Positions 1-11,857 are shown, counted from the stretch's first letter. The stretch is DNA of 64,000 nucleotides from Vitrella brassicaformis CCMP3155 (GCA_001179505.1 CDMY01000367.1:1-64000), one strand, 5' to 3'. Notes: a model not told the origin generated them from the sequence alone. Made by a program: numbers and translations.

Positions 1-871
1 GCACCCACCCAGACCAGCCCTTCGACCCGTCCATCCACCGCCTTCAGATGCACACGGCCATTCACGAGGGGAAGAGGCGGGCGTACGCACAGGCCAAGGA
101 GCGCTTCGACGACGGTATCGCCCGCCTTCCCCCAGGACGCCAACGAGCTGCTCGGCGCGCGCAGGAGGCCAAGATGCACGCGTGGCTCACGGCCATGCCG
201 TCGTGCAGCGATCAGACCGACCTCAGCGGCGATGCTTTTCGGGACGGCCTGGCGGTTCGCTACGGGTACCGCCCACCCAACCTCCCCTCCAGCTGCCCAG
301 GGTGTGGTTCCGCCTTCACCCTCACCCTGCCCTGGACTGCGCGAAGGGCGGGCTGATGATACAGCGGCACAACGAGCTGCGGGACGTGATCGGCGACGTC
401 GGCAGGATGGCCTTTGGGGCAGGGAGCGTCCACAAGGAGGTGGTGTTGAAGGAGGGGGATGGGCAGGGGAGGGAGGGGGTCAGGACGGACCTGGTGATTC
501 GAGGTGTGTGGGACCGCCAGAGGGATGCATCGTTCGACGTGTGCGTTACTAACGCTGATGCTCCCTCTTACGGCAACCGCCCCACGCGATCCATCCTGGC
601 GACGCACGAGCGCAGAAAGAAGAACAAGCATGTGCGCGTCTGCGAGGACCTGTCCATGACCTTCACCCCTCTGGTCGTCACCGTCGATGGGGTGTGGGGG
701 AGGGAGGCGGAGCACTTCTTCACCCGCTTGACTGAGCAGCTGTTGACGAGGCAGGGGTGGTCAGATAGGGGGCGAGGGCGGGTGCATGGGTGGCTGCGTG
801 CTCGTTTGTCTGTTGCATTGGTGCGGGCTGCTAGCCTGGACGGGGCTGGGGTGTTCTCATCGGATGAGTGA
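1..871 (+). pseudogene. Frameshifted C-terminus of the retrotransposon ORF (zinc knuckle plus RLE)
   Basis: Restoring one A between 327 and 328 (ACC C[A]T GCC = T-H-A) joins the two frames and restores the His of the CCHC knuckle. The upstream frame is open from the window edge. Confidence 0.75.
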
Positions 872-1273
872 GCGTGCCCTTTGTGCATAGACATATCTGG
901 ATAGATTCATGGAGGCGATTTGGACAAGCGAGTGCATGGATGCCATCTGTCAATTATCTCTTCCCTCGCTGCTGTACGAACAGCATGTCTTAGATCAGTG
1001 GGCGCTCGACGTCGAGCTCTCTGACTAGCCTGTGGGTGTCGTGCCTATGTCTGGCTGTCATTCTCGTATATCGCAACCGGTGTCGACAGCGATCTTTCTG
1101 ACCATCATAGGGTGGCACGTGCGTGTCGAGTGGGTGGGTGGGTGGGATGGGGAGACAGGCCGTGTGCATGCTTCTGTGCATGTGCATGCTGCTAGTTTAG
1201 TGCGTGACCTGGACAGGATCCCCTCGGGGTTACAGACACGAGTCTCGTTAAACACAATAACCAACCAACCAAC
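1..1273 (+). mobile_element. 3' portion of a CRE-like non-LTR retrotransposon (restriction-like endonuclease clade); continues upstream of the window; 3' end position tentative
   Basis: ORFs 48..356 and 182..871 join into WLTAMP...LSGDAFRDGLAVRYG...CPGCGSAFTLT(H)ALDCAKGG..RHNELRD (CCHC knuckle), then RTDLVIRGVW...FDVCVT and FTPLVVTVDGVWG (PD-(D/E)xK-type RLE). The 3' end is placed at an (AACC)n tract, 1259-1273. Confidence 0.8.
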
Positions 1274-1286
1274 TGCACAACGCGCG

Positions 1287-2117
1287 GCAGCACCATGGTC
1301 TTTTCTTTGCGCCTCCTGCTTGGTTTCTCTGTGTTGTGTGTGCAGCTACTTGGACTCAGACTTGAAGCAGCAGAATCAGCTGACGGTGTTATACTATGTG
1401 TGGCCGCCGCTCATGCAGGTGCAGCTCCAGACCGACTGCCGTGTCCGGGCCAAGCCATATGACCAAGACAATGACGCCGACTCAGTGTCCTTCCTGATTG
1501 AGAAGGACAAGGACGGCCGACTGATAGCCGAATACCCGAGGAAGCTGTGGGTGCTGGTCGGCGATGACTCGGACGTGAAGCCGGAGGAGGCCCTCAGGTT
1601 GCGCCTCGAGAAGCAGGTTGGTGGCGCCACGCCAGAGGGGTGACAGACGACGCGTTCTTCCTCTATGTGTGTGTGTGTGTTTATGTGTGTGAGCAGGCCT
1701 TGAGACACGGCTGCGCAGTGGACAACTTCGATCGCTGGCACTTCTACAAGTACGACAACAAGACGTACGACAAGGCCGGCGAACTGGTGCACGTCAAGAC
1801 ACTCGAACTGAAGGATGAGTCGCAGGCGATAGTGGACTCCATTATGGAGCTGCTTCATCGAGATGACACACGACTGCCGCTCCAGCGGTGGGACGACGCC
1901 TTGTATCACAACTTCGGTGTGTACCCAGGCACACTCACACACGCGCACATACACACACGAGTGCATCACACACACATTGGGTTCTTCTGGTCTGCTGCTG
2001 TCAATCCATTCCTGCCCAGATGAGGACGATGAAGAGGCATGAATGTCATATTGTGTATACCGAGAGGAAGGCGTCGACTTTTTCGTTGGGCGAAGGGCTT
2101 CTACCATGTGAGGCGGC
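1287..2117 (+). repeat. Direct duplication with 30970..31806 (introns retained)
   Basis: Homology starts at GCAGCACCATGGTCTTTTC and ends at ACCATGTGAGGCGGC in both copies. Confidence 0.9.
1346..2042 (+). CDS. Hypothetical protein, copy 1 (exons 2-4 only; exon 1 not seen); paralog of 30773..31730
   Basis: Exon YLDSDLKQQNQ...LRLRLEKQ, intron, ALRHGCAVDNF...LYHNF, intron, DEDDEEA*. Exons and introns are near-identical to 30970..31806. No domain recognised. Confidence 0.55.
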
Positions 2118-2536
2118 GGATGAATGACGATCGACGATAATGACAACGGCACAGGTCGGTAAGCGGGTGATTGTGGGGCACATGAGGACTGCGGCAAAAA
2201 TGTGTTGACTCTTAATGTGTGCGTGCACGTGTGTCAGATTAGCAGCTGCTGGTGGCGGTGAGGCGGTGCAGCTCATCGATCCAGCAGCCAGGCAGCCAGC
2301 CGCAGATCCAGGAGGGGAGGGAAAGAGGGGGGGAGGGGCAGACAAACCGTTTGAGAGGGGGGAGGATGGGGATGGGGATGGATGGAGCATATCACACACA
2401 TCACATGGGACGGGCGGCGGGGGTGCGTGTGCATACTCATGATTATTGGTTGGTTGAGGGAACTGCTATGTCTCTGTGGAGGGGATGGATGGCCCGGCCT
2501 GTGCAGACAGCCAGACAGTGCAGAGGTGGTGACCAT

Positions 2537-4700
2537 CCGTGCTGCTGTGACTCCTGCTTGGACTGACTGCATCCATGTGTGTCCATCAAATGTAACGAAA
2601 ACATCTCTGTCTGTCGTCTTGATTACCTATCGCGCACACGAGACTGCCCGTCCGTCACGTCTCACTGAGATGCATCAATCAGAGTCTGTCGCACACGGCC
2701 CTTTCTGTACAGACAACCCTACACACGAGTACGGCCACAGACGCTCCATCGGGAGTGTATATCAAAGAATTAGCAGCGCCCCATCTCACCGCACTCCAGC
2801 AAAGCTAAGCAGCATGGCCTTCACCCCCGCCGACAGCCCTAAAAACATTCATATCGCTACACAGAGGTGTCTGTCTGTCTGTCTGTCTCACTCCTGACTA
2901 ATGGCCGATACGATCCCATGAGGCGTGTGTGGACACGCTCACCACAGAAATAAAGATAAATAGACAGTGCGATGTGCGTATGGACACCGATCTGTCGCTG
3001 TACAGTACATAAAGTTGCTGGCTGTGTGTCATTCGCCCTGCCGGCTGATGGCCCGGCGGATGAACGACTTGACGAAGGCCATCTCAGATATGCCCATAAA
3101 GATGGCCTCCCTTGCCGCATCAATCAGTGCCGCCTCCACTTTCCCCTCATCAGACCCATCGCTGTCCTGGGGCGGCTCCACCAGCAGTGACATGCTCACG
3201 CCGGATATCCCAAACTGCACACGACACACACAGACACGGACGAAACTCATGTGCCGTGTGGCAGATGTTGCGTGTTTAGTCACCTCTTTGATTTTGTCGA
3301 TGACGTGTTGTAGTTTGTTGCCGTGCCGCTCCTTCTTGTCGGCCGCCATCATGCCCATCTCATGCTCGATGGCCGACACCAGACGACCTGAGTCCCACGA
3401 CTGACTCGCAGCCACGCCTCCCTCACGACCCCTCCCACCATCCCCACGGGGCCACCGGACGGCCCCCCGCCGCTTGAGTGACCGCAGGAAGCGCCGCAGC
3501 TGCGATATGATGACGAGTGCAATGCCCTTTGGCAGGCCGAGGTCGCGGCCGATGTCCTCACACGCCGCCACACTGTCGATGTCGTCCAACATGTCCAACA
3601 AACTCACTGCCGACCCGATGTCAAGCGACTGCACACACCGACATGACAACACACACTCTCATCCCGACTTCACACATGTGTGTTGCTCGTTGCTGACCAT
3701 GATTCTGTCGGCTACGTGTCGCATGTCGGGTGATGCGTCGGCCTTGAGCAGCTCCACCAGCTGAGCCTTCGTCAACTCATCGAACGGAATCACCTCCCCC
3801 TCGCCATTGCCGTCGCCACGGGCACCACCCCGCCCCTCGCCATCCACCGTGCGATTGGCCGTGGTCCGATCTCCGGCATCAGGTGCGTGTGGGTCATTGA
3901 CTGGTGGACGGGGCGGTGGCATCGTGACATTGATGTGGGCTGGCTCGTCGCCAGCAGGTAGCTGCTCGTCGTCTGCCGCCTTGAGTCGCTTGGGCGTGGG
4001 TGGTGTGGTGTGCTGCTGGCCGAGCTGATGAATGAATCGGTTGGCGGCCTCCCTGATGTCCTCGCCGTCACGCTGCCCCACCATGGCCGGCAGCTCATGC
4101 CGCACAAACGACTCGACGGATGCAAAGCTCAGAGAGGGGACGGCAGCCAACATCGCCCCAATATTGTCACCCACTTGACCATACAGACGGCAGAGGGCCA
4201 TCCGCTGGGCGTGTGTCATGGGCTGCTGATCCTGAGTGCCGTCGGAGTCTATCTCCTGCTGGCGGCATGCCCATGCCGCATCGATGGCCGCCCCCATGGC
4301 GTCCCTGGTGGCCGCTGAGAGGGGCACCGACTGCACTGGCGTCCCGGGCAGGACCACCTCGACGGCCAGCTGGGTCAGCGCAGACCCACTCCTGAACTGC
4401 AGACAGAGGGGGGTATCGGGGTGGGCTCTGCCGAGTGCCTCCAGCTGCTGGTAGAAGTGGCGAATGAGGTCCCCCTGCTGCACCGGCGTCACACGAGGGC
4501 CACGATTGGGCGTACGATGGATCGGCGTAGCCGGGGGGTCATTCCGTAGCCAAATGGGAGCCTCGATGTCAGGCGAAGGATTGCGGTCAAGGCGATTGTC
4601 CCTTCGGGGCCGCGGCTGCTTGGCATGCCGGGCATTGGGAGTGGCAGGCCGCCTGCCACGCACACCTCCGTCATGCAGCTGTACGGCCGTGCGCTGCGTC
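2537..4700 (+). repeat. Direct duplication with about 57590..59860 (3' end and 3' flank of the AP2 paralogs)
   Basis: Shared coding, intronic and downstream non-coding sequence, for example GAATTAGCAGCGCCCCATCTCACCGCAC at about 2767 and 57827. Confidence 0.9.
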
Positions 4701-7700
4701 GGCAGCGTGGCTTGAGGGTCCTGCTGCAGCCGACTGGAGGTCTCGATGTCAGGCATGAGATTGCGGTCGAGTCGGCTGGGATGCCGCGGTGGGCTGGTGT
4801 CATGGCGGTCAGCATTGGGTCTGTTCTTGACCACTGCCCACCCGCTGCGCTCCATCTCACGACGGTGCTGCTCGGCCAACGCCTGATAGAGCCAGAAGCA
4901 AAGAGCAGCGGATGAAGGGACTGTTCCTCCTTCTTGCCTTCTGTACCTTTGCTTTGTCGAACCCGCGATTTGTGACGGAGAAGGACTTCCTCTGCTGCTG
5001 CTTGGAGTCGCCGCCCGCCTCATACCAAGATGCAATCCAGCATTTATTAAGCCGATTCCAGTAGACGCCCCTCACATCAGACTGATGCTCGGCAGGCTTG
5101 CGGCCGACGATCTTGCCCTTGGCATTGGCCGCGTTGCTGCCCCTATGCTTCAATGGCCTCTCGATGGCCGATGGGCTGCTGGTGGCGGATGGGTCTCTGC
5201 GGCGATGCTTCTGGGGTGGGCTGCGGTCGTCCGACTCGTCACGCACCGAGCCCTCAGGCCCCTCCCGGCCGCCCCCCTGCTGTCGATCGAGCCATGAGAG
5301 GTCGATGGCCGTGGCCTGGTCACCCAGACGTGACTGGTGCACTGCGTTACGGTACTCGGCGGCTTGGCGCAGAGCCTCAAGGATGCTGTCAAGGGAGGTG
5401 ATGTCACTGATGGCGAAGGATTGACGGTCGAGATGTGTGCAATGGCCGCCGGAGAAGTAGGCGATGTAGTAGTACCTGTCCTTGCCCTTCTTGTGCAGGC
5501 TAATCCCGATCCTATGAAGGAAAGGAGAAATGCGCGTCGCTCCTCGCCCCATCTGGTGGTGTGCTTAGCTGACCCTCCATTCCCTTGCGGGCAGAAGTCA
5601 CTCGACTGCTCCTGGATCAGTCGCTCGAGCATGGCCCTGGCAAGCTCCTCACCTCCCAGCCCAGTCAGATCCCGCCTGTCGCGCGGCCGCTTGGGGTCAA
5701 CGCCGAGCCGCTTGCGGCGGGGGCGAGGGGGACGACGCGGGTCGGGACCGAGATCACCTCCGTCAGCACCAGACGACAGTAACGATGAAGAGTGCCGCCA
5801 TTGTGACGCATCAGATGGCGTGGCCACGTTGATGCTGCGGCGACCAGGACGCTGATCGGGTGAAGGACCCTGCCGATCTGGCGTATCATCCCCGTCGTCA
5901 TCCCTCATAGCCTCGCCCTCTGATGTGTGGTGCCTCAGCTCCATGGCACGCTTGTGGGATATGGCAGCCTGTTTCGCCTCCTCGTAGCCCAGCTGCTTGA
6001 CGGAGAAGAACTTGGTCTTCTCTTTGCCGTTCGCCTTCCAGCGGGCTTCCCATGAGTTACTGGTCTTGTTGTAGGTGACGCATTTGACACCGCTCTGGTG
6101 CTCAGATCTCTGCTTGATTGCCGCCCGACCGCTGCGCTCCATCTCGAGACGATGCTGCTCGGCCAACGCCTGACGCACACGTGAGAAAAAAAAGAGGATG
6201 AGATGGAGGCAGGGTGCTGCGATGCGAAGTCGGTACCTTTGCTTTGTCAAAGCCATGCTCCTTGACATAGAAGGTCTTGCGCTCCTCGTTGCCGCTGCTC
6301 TTCTCGTACCACTTCGCTATCCACGCCTGATGCTGTTCAGACCAGTAAACGCCACTCACGGCTGACTGATGCTGAGCCCTCGGGACAACGGTCCTTTGGT
6401 TGCCCTTGGCAGCCTTACGCCTCGGCTGTCCGTCGGACGAGGAGACGTCGCCCCGCCGATCCATGTCGTCATCACCAATGCCGTTCACATCCGACGCGCC
6501 ATTGTCATAATGCATCGACCGCCCGGACGCCGCACCAGCAGTCGAGTCTGGTTGCAGGTTGATCCGCCGCATGTCGATCATGATTGCCCCGGAGTCCGCC
6601 ATGGCGTTGCAATGCTGCGCTGCTTGGGTGAAGGCACGCAGAATGAGCCGGGATGAGGTGATGTCAGACACACGAAAGACACGCTGCCCGGGCCCTTCTC
6701 CGCCCTCTGGTCGATAGGCCACGAAACTCGCCTCCTCAGCATGCCACTCGAGACCAACACTGGATAGAACAAAAAATGAAAATGTGACTGATTCATTCCA
6801 ATGTCCATGCTTTCGGCCCACCTGCCGGTATTGTCCTTGGTGTTCCCGACCTGCTGTCGTGCGTCGCTCACCAGCCGCTCCGCCAGGGCATGGCCAGCCC
6901 CTTCACTCAGCCTGGGCCACACAAACCGGTCCCTCCCGCCGCCCGACTGGTCGCGACCTGGTCGATCGATGGGCATCTCGCCCGCATAACCGTCCGAGCC
7001 GACCACCCTATGTGACGGCCTGCCCCTGCGGCGCTGAGCCTGAATGGGGGGCGGGATGCGGTCATGGCCGTCGAGTGGGTGGATGTCACGGTCGTCAAGC
7101 AGTAGGGGTGGCGGCATGGACATGCGCCTCGCTCCGCGGCCGTGGCGCTCGAGAGGTCGGTTATCATCCCCTGCTGCCTCCCTCGTAGCTTCCTCGAGCC
7201 ATGACAGGTCGATGAGAACCGCCTGGTCGCCCAGACGTGACTCGTGGAGTGTATTGCGATACTCGACGGCTCGTCGGAAGGCCGTGAAGATGGCAGCACG
7301 GGAAGTGACGTTCTGACCCGCACTGAACTGGCGGGGGTCGACACTGGTTGCAGCCTGGCCGTCCCAGAAGTAGCTCTCGAAGACGTACGTCGCGCGCCAC
7401 GTGATGCCGATACTGACACACACACAAGACACAAAGGGAGAAACACCCTATCGCATCTGTCCGTTCCTCGTGGGAGTCGTTCTCGCTTACCCTCCGTTGC
7501 CGAGGCAGAGTGAGTATAGATTTGGCTGCTCCTCATGCAAGCGCCGTAACAGGCCACGTGCCAACGCATCACCCGTCATGCCGCCACCTTCCAGCCCTCC
7601 CATGTCCACCTCGGCGCCTCGACGGCCCTCTCGTGATGACAAGCGGGGGGGCGTGGGACCACTGCCAGCGTCGCGACCACCCTGACCGTCATCCCTCATG

Positions 7701-10697
7701 GCCTCGCCCTCTGATGTGTGGTGCCTCAGCTCCATGGCACGTCTGTGGGATATGGCGGCCTGTTTGGCCTCCTCGTAGCCCAGCTCTTTGACGGAGAAGG
7801 ACTTGAACTTTCGCTTGCCGCCCTCACTCCAGCTGGCTTCCCATGCGTTGGCTCCCTTGTTGTAGTGGACGCCCCTCACGCCGCTCTGGTGCTCCGATCG
7901 CTTTTGCATCGACGCCTGGCCAGTGCGCTCCATCTCCTGACGATGCCGCTCGGCCAACGCCTGACGCAGATGACACACAGGAGAAGAGCTTGACAAGCGC
8001 CGCTGGCGATCTTGTTGTCAGTCAATACCTTTGCTTTGTGGACGCCGTGCTCTTTGGCCGAGAAGTGCTTGAACTTGCGACCGCTCTTCTCGTACCACGA
8101 CACCTGCCAGACCCCATCGTAAGGACGCCAGTGGACGCCGCGCACATTCGACTGATACATGCCCTCGCTGGTGTTGGGCTGCTCATCCGCTGGGGGGCTC
8201 CTGCCGAGTGGACGTGTGAGGCGATGCTCCAGGGACGGGCTGCGGTCGACGGCCTCCTCGATGGTGGGGCGTGCCGGCTGCGTCACTTCCCCCGCTCTCG
8301 CAGTGGATCGTGGCTTGTGACCGTCACGAGGCTTCCTGCGTGACGCCTTCTTGGCTGACAGACCTGAGAAAAACAATACAGAGAGCCACAGTCAGTGGAT
8401 GGGCGCCGGTCGATTATTCGAGTGCGGCTCTTGTCGCATCCAACGTGCGTACATTTGTCGTCGTGTGGTCCGTCGTGAGATGCATCAGCCGCCCCACCAG
8501 CGACAGGGGGCGTGTACGAGTGGTAGGCTGCATCGGCGGGCGGCGCATCGTTGGCGCGGCCAGGGAAGCTGCTCTCCCCTGCACGCACAACAGCACGCAC
8601 ACAACGATCTGCATCATGCCCTCAAGTGTCTTCCTCCCCCGCCGGTCTTACTTGCAGGTTTCCACTGTATGAGGGTCCGCTCGACGCCATCGATGACATC
8701 CGACACGCTCTCGAACCGATCGTCAGTGTCTGCTGTGCCGTTGCGGACGGCCACCAGCAGGTCGCTCAGCATACTCGTGTCCCATCCCCTCACCACATCG
8801 TCACGAGCGACAACCGCTCGCACCCACACCGGCGGCCGGTCGGTCCCTCCCCCCTCCCCCCACCATGCCGTCACCACATACGGCAGCCCGTCGCCCTCGC
8901 CGGCCACACTGAACTGCACACCCTCATACTCAGCCGAGTACTTGCGGTGGCCGGGGATGCCCTTGTTGAGCAACACATCCGCCAAGGGGATCGGCCGGCG
9001 GCTTGACGTCCGCTCCCTGCTGTGGGAGGGTGCAAGAGGCCCCTCGCGCTCACGTGACCCGCCGACATCTTTGCTCTTCGGATCGCGTGGCTCGTGATGG
9101 TGATGGGCCGACGACACGTGCTGTCCTGCTGTGCTGGTGTTGCCGTGTGCTGCTGGTGGTGGAGCTGGTGAGTCTGCGGGGGGTGGGTAGGGCTGGTCGT
9201 CTGTCGTCTGTGCACAGGCTGGCTTGCGCTTGTCGTCTTGGGCAGCCGCTGCTGCACTACCCTGACCCACACACGGCTGACTTGCCGATGGATCAACATG
9301 CGATTGGGAGCCGGCATCCAACTGCTGTCCGAGGCGCCCCGAGGCCGAGTGGTACGGCTGATTCGGTAGAGACGACTGGTGGTGTTGGGTGAGGTGCAGG
9401 CTGTGTGGGGCGGGGGCCCGGTGCGTCAGAGCGTCAGTCGCCTGCAGCGGTCCCACAACTGCCAGAGGTCCCGATGACGCGCCCGCAGAGTGACGCTTCC
9501 CGTGCTCCAGAAACCTCGGCGGGGGAGGGACGGCGAGGAACTGCTCAGAGAACGAACCTGCCACCACAACACAGCCAATCGAGGCGGTAGGATTTATCAG
9601 GCGATGTGGCGTGGTGTGCTTGCCTTCTTCTCACCTGGTTCTGTGGGGCCAGGTGGCATTGGCCGGGACTGCAGGAACCGTCTCGCCCTGCCCTCATGAT
9701 GGCCCACGACCACTTCAAACGGCTCATCCTCCCTGAGGTCCCCTCCCTGCCTCGCGCGCTTCAGCAAACGCGTCACAGCCCCCAGCCGCCACCCCTTGTC
9801 AGCATCTTGACGAACGAAGGGGAGCCTCACATACAGCTCCTGCCCCTCACCGTCATGCAACGGCCCCGCCGTCACACCGCACAGGCCGCAAGAGGCATCG
9901 ACACCATACACGTTGAAGTCAACCCCTTGGTAGGCCGCATGGTACATGCCCTGGTTGCTGGGGTCGCCACGCTTCTGCAGCATCTCCCGCAGTGAGTTGA
10001 GAAGGTCCCCAGGCTGCGAGGGAGGGGCGGGTGGAGTGTGTGCAGTGGGATGGCCAGAGTGGGAGGCACCAGGTGGAGAGAGTGCTGGCGCATGCTTGTT
10101 CTCCCGCACGCGAGATGCTGTGTTGTTGGCTCCAGAGCTTCCCTCTCGCTCGTCTTCCCCAGCTGCAGCCCTGCCGGTATGGGCTTGACACGACTGGCTT
10201 GCAGATGCCGCATGCGACTGAGGTCCAGCAACCAGCCGCTGTGCAGCGCGCTCTGAGTATGGATGAGGCGCCTCAGGGGGAACAGACGGATAGCCATACT
10301 GGTGCCTCTCCACTGGATCCGTCTGATGGGGCGCGGCAGTGGGATCAACAGACGGATGGTTGTGTTGATACATGCCCAGTGCTGGTGCGCCATCCGAAGA
10401 CGGACCAGGAGCCGACGAGGCCGCCTGCATTGCTGGCGTGGTGGTGGCCCCAGGATTGGCTTGGAAAGTCGCCGCGGCACCACTAGCAGATGTGTAAGAG
10501 CCCGACTGAAGCGGCTGGATAGAAACAGATGAGTGGTTGTCCTGATACATCTCCAAGGCTGATGCGGCCACGCCGGCAGCATGTGACGACGACGCATGAG
10601 TCGCCGAGGCCGCCTGCACGATGGCTGCCAGAGCCCGATAGCCGTCCTCAGCTGACGATGGTGAGCTGTCAGCAGGATGGGTGGGCTGACTCGCCAT
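2805..10697 (-). CDS. Multi-AP2 (ApiAP2-type) protein A: two N-terminal repeat domains, 5 AP2 domains, 3-4 AP2-like X modules, C-terminal SAM-like domain; about 13 exons
   Basis: AP2 motifs such as HQSGVRGVHYNKGANAWEASWSEGGKRKFKSFSVKELGYEEAKQAAISHRR at about 8160-7935, 7890-7735, 6372-6140, 6102-5940 and 5088-4850. Phase-compatible GT-AG junctions link ORFs 9597..10697, 8614..9567, 8283..8600, 7876..8376 and the downstream ORFs. Last exon (K)AVGGGEGHAA* is inferred from synonymous differences with paralog B. Confidence 0.85.
3481..3790 (-). other. SAM-like domain within AP2 protein A (split by one intron)
   Basis: Spliced IPFDELTKAQLVELLKA..MRHVADRIM|SLDIGSAVSLLDML...EDIGRDLGLPKGIALVIISQLRRF follows the SAM pattern (..V..WL....A..F....IDG..LL.L....L..LG+..G...I). 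Recognised by eye only. Confidence 0.6.
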
Positions 10698-11857
10698 CGT
10701 CTCTCTCTGGCAGATCTCGCTACGGCTGACTTACAGACAGCGCCACACCGCCGTCAGATGTGAAGCACAGATGACATCGGTGATAAGAGATCTGCGATGA
10801 ATGCGGGGCAGCGGATCACCAGATCTGGGTCTGCCCGATGAAGAGACGCCGCAGAAGGTTGTCGTCATTGCGCCGCATAGGTCCAGAATGCCGCTCTGTC
10901 GGTCCCGCCAGCCAGATCGGCTCAATTCTTTCAATTGTGTGTCATACAGAGCAGCGCAGCGACAAGTCTACTAAACGGGCTCAGAAAGCCTCTCGCGATA
11001 CCCAGCAGGAAGGCGTGCAGACATTTAATGAACGAGCTACGGTGAAGACGATGGCGGCACGAACGATCCGATCCGCGCATCTCCATTGCGCGCTTGATCT
11101 TGAAAAGAGGAGGAATGTGTGCCTCTATGAAGGATAAATTCATGAATCATAAAGGGCACAGAGTCACGCAGGACGGTCACTTGCAGTTGCATGCACTGGT
11201 TTGCAATGAGCCCAATCAATCAGGATAGATCATCAGGATAGAGAAGGACCACGTCTGATTTGTCACCACCAGTTGCGAGGCCGCGCTGCCGAGATCTGTC
11301 ATGCTGTGCTGTTGAAGCTTGCCTTGACAATGCGGCGATGCGTTGTCGATGCCGGCTTCAACACCAGAGCTCAACAGAGGCCCGAGGGAGGCGGCCAGTG
11401 CAACACGAAACAGAGCGAAAACATGTGACGGTGACGTGTAGGACACGAAAAATCACTTTCTTCCGAGGGCAACACGCACCCCTTCCACCTCACCTATGCA
11501 GTCGTGCGTGCACACACACGAGAAACGTACATAAATAGAGACAGACAGACAGGCTGTCCGCATCGCATACACACATCACATCTGTACAGACAAAAGCCCC
11601 CGAATAAAACAAACCGTGCAGTGCACACCTCACGCAACCCACCAACCACATATAATATATAGTCCGTGCACGGGAGCAACCTGTCCTCTTCCTTCTTCTT
11701 TTCCTTCCTCACAGAGCAGGAAAGCCGTCCTTAATCTGTCTGCCTGCCTGGTCTACACAACACAAATACACACACGTAATTGCCCCCTCCCTCCCCACAC
11801 CCTCATGTCGTCCGGTCCGCGAATCATGAAGGGTCAGTCAAGCCACACCCCCCCACA

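Noticed and set aside
1163-1190. Three TGCATG words resembling the apicomplexan TGCATGCA AP2 site
   Set aside because: They lie in the retroelement 3' region, and TGCATG is frequent throughout the (GT/CA)-rich non-coding DNA.
2040-2109. Conserved TGA followed by 22 further sense codons (MSYCVYREEG...) in both copies of the orphan gene; possible readthrough or selenocysteine
   Set aside because: The copies are too similar for conservation to be informative, the differences after the TGA are non-synonymous, and no SECIS-like element was identified.
1020-2120. Helitron-type capture of the orphan gene fragment
   Set aside because: CTAG words at 1026 and 1192 have no convincing subterminal hairpin, and no Rep/helicase is present.
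3029-3060. 1-nt difference between paralogs A and B near the apparent stop RRAISRQGE*
   Set aside because: Most likely intronic. A donor at AA|GTCGTT joins in phase to a final exon AVGGGEGHAA* that shows synonymous differences between the paralogs.
4550-4775. Internal peptide duplication RLDRN..PDIE in the AP2-A linker
   Set aside because: Short duplication in a disordered linker with no sign of function; B has one copy.
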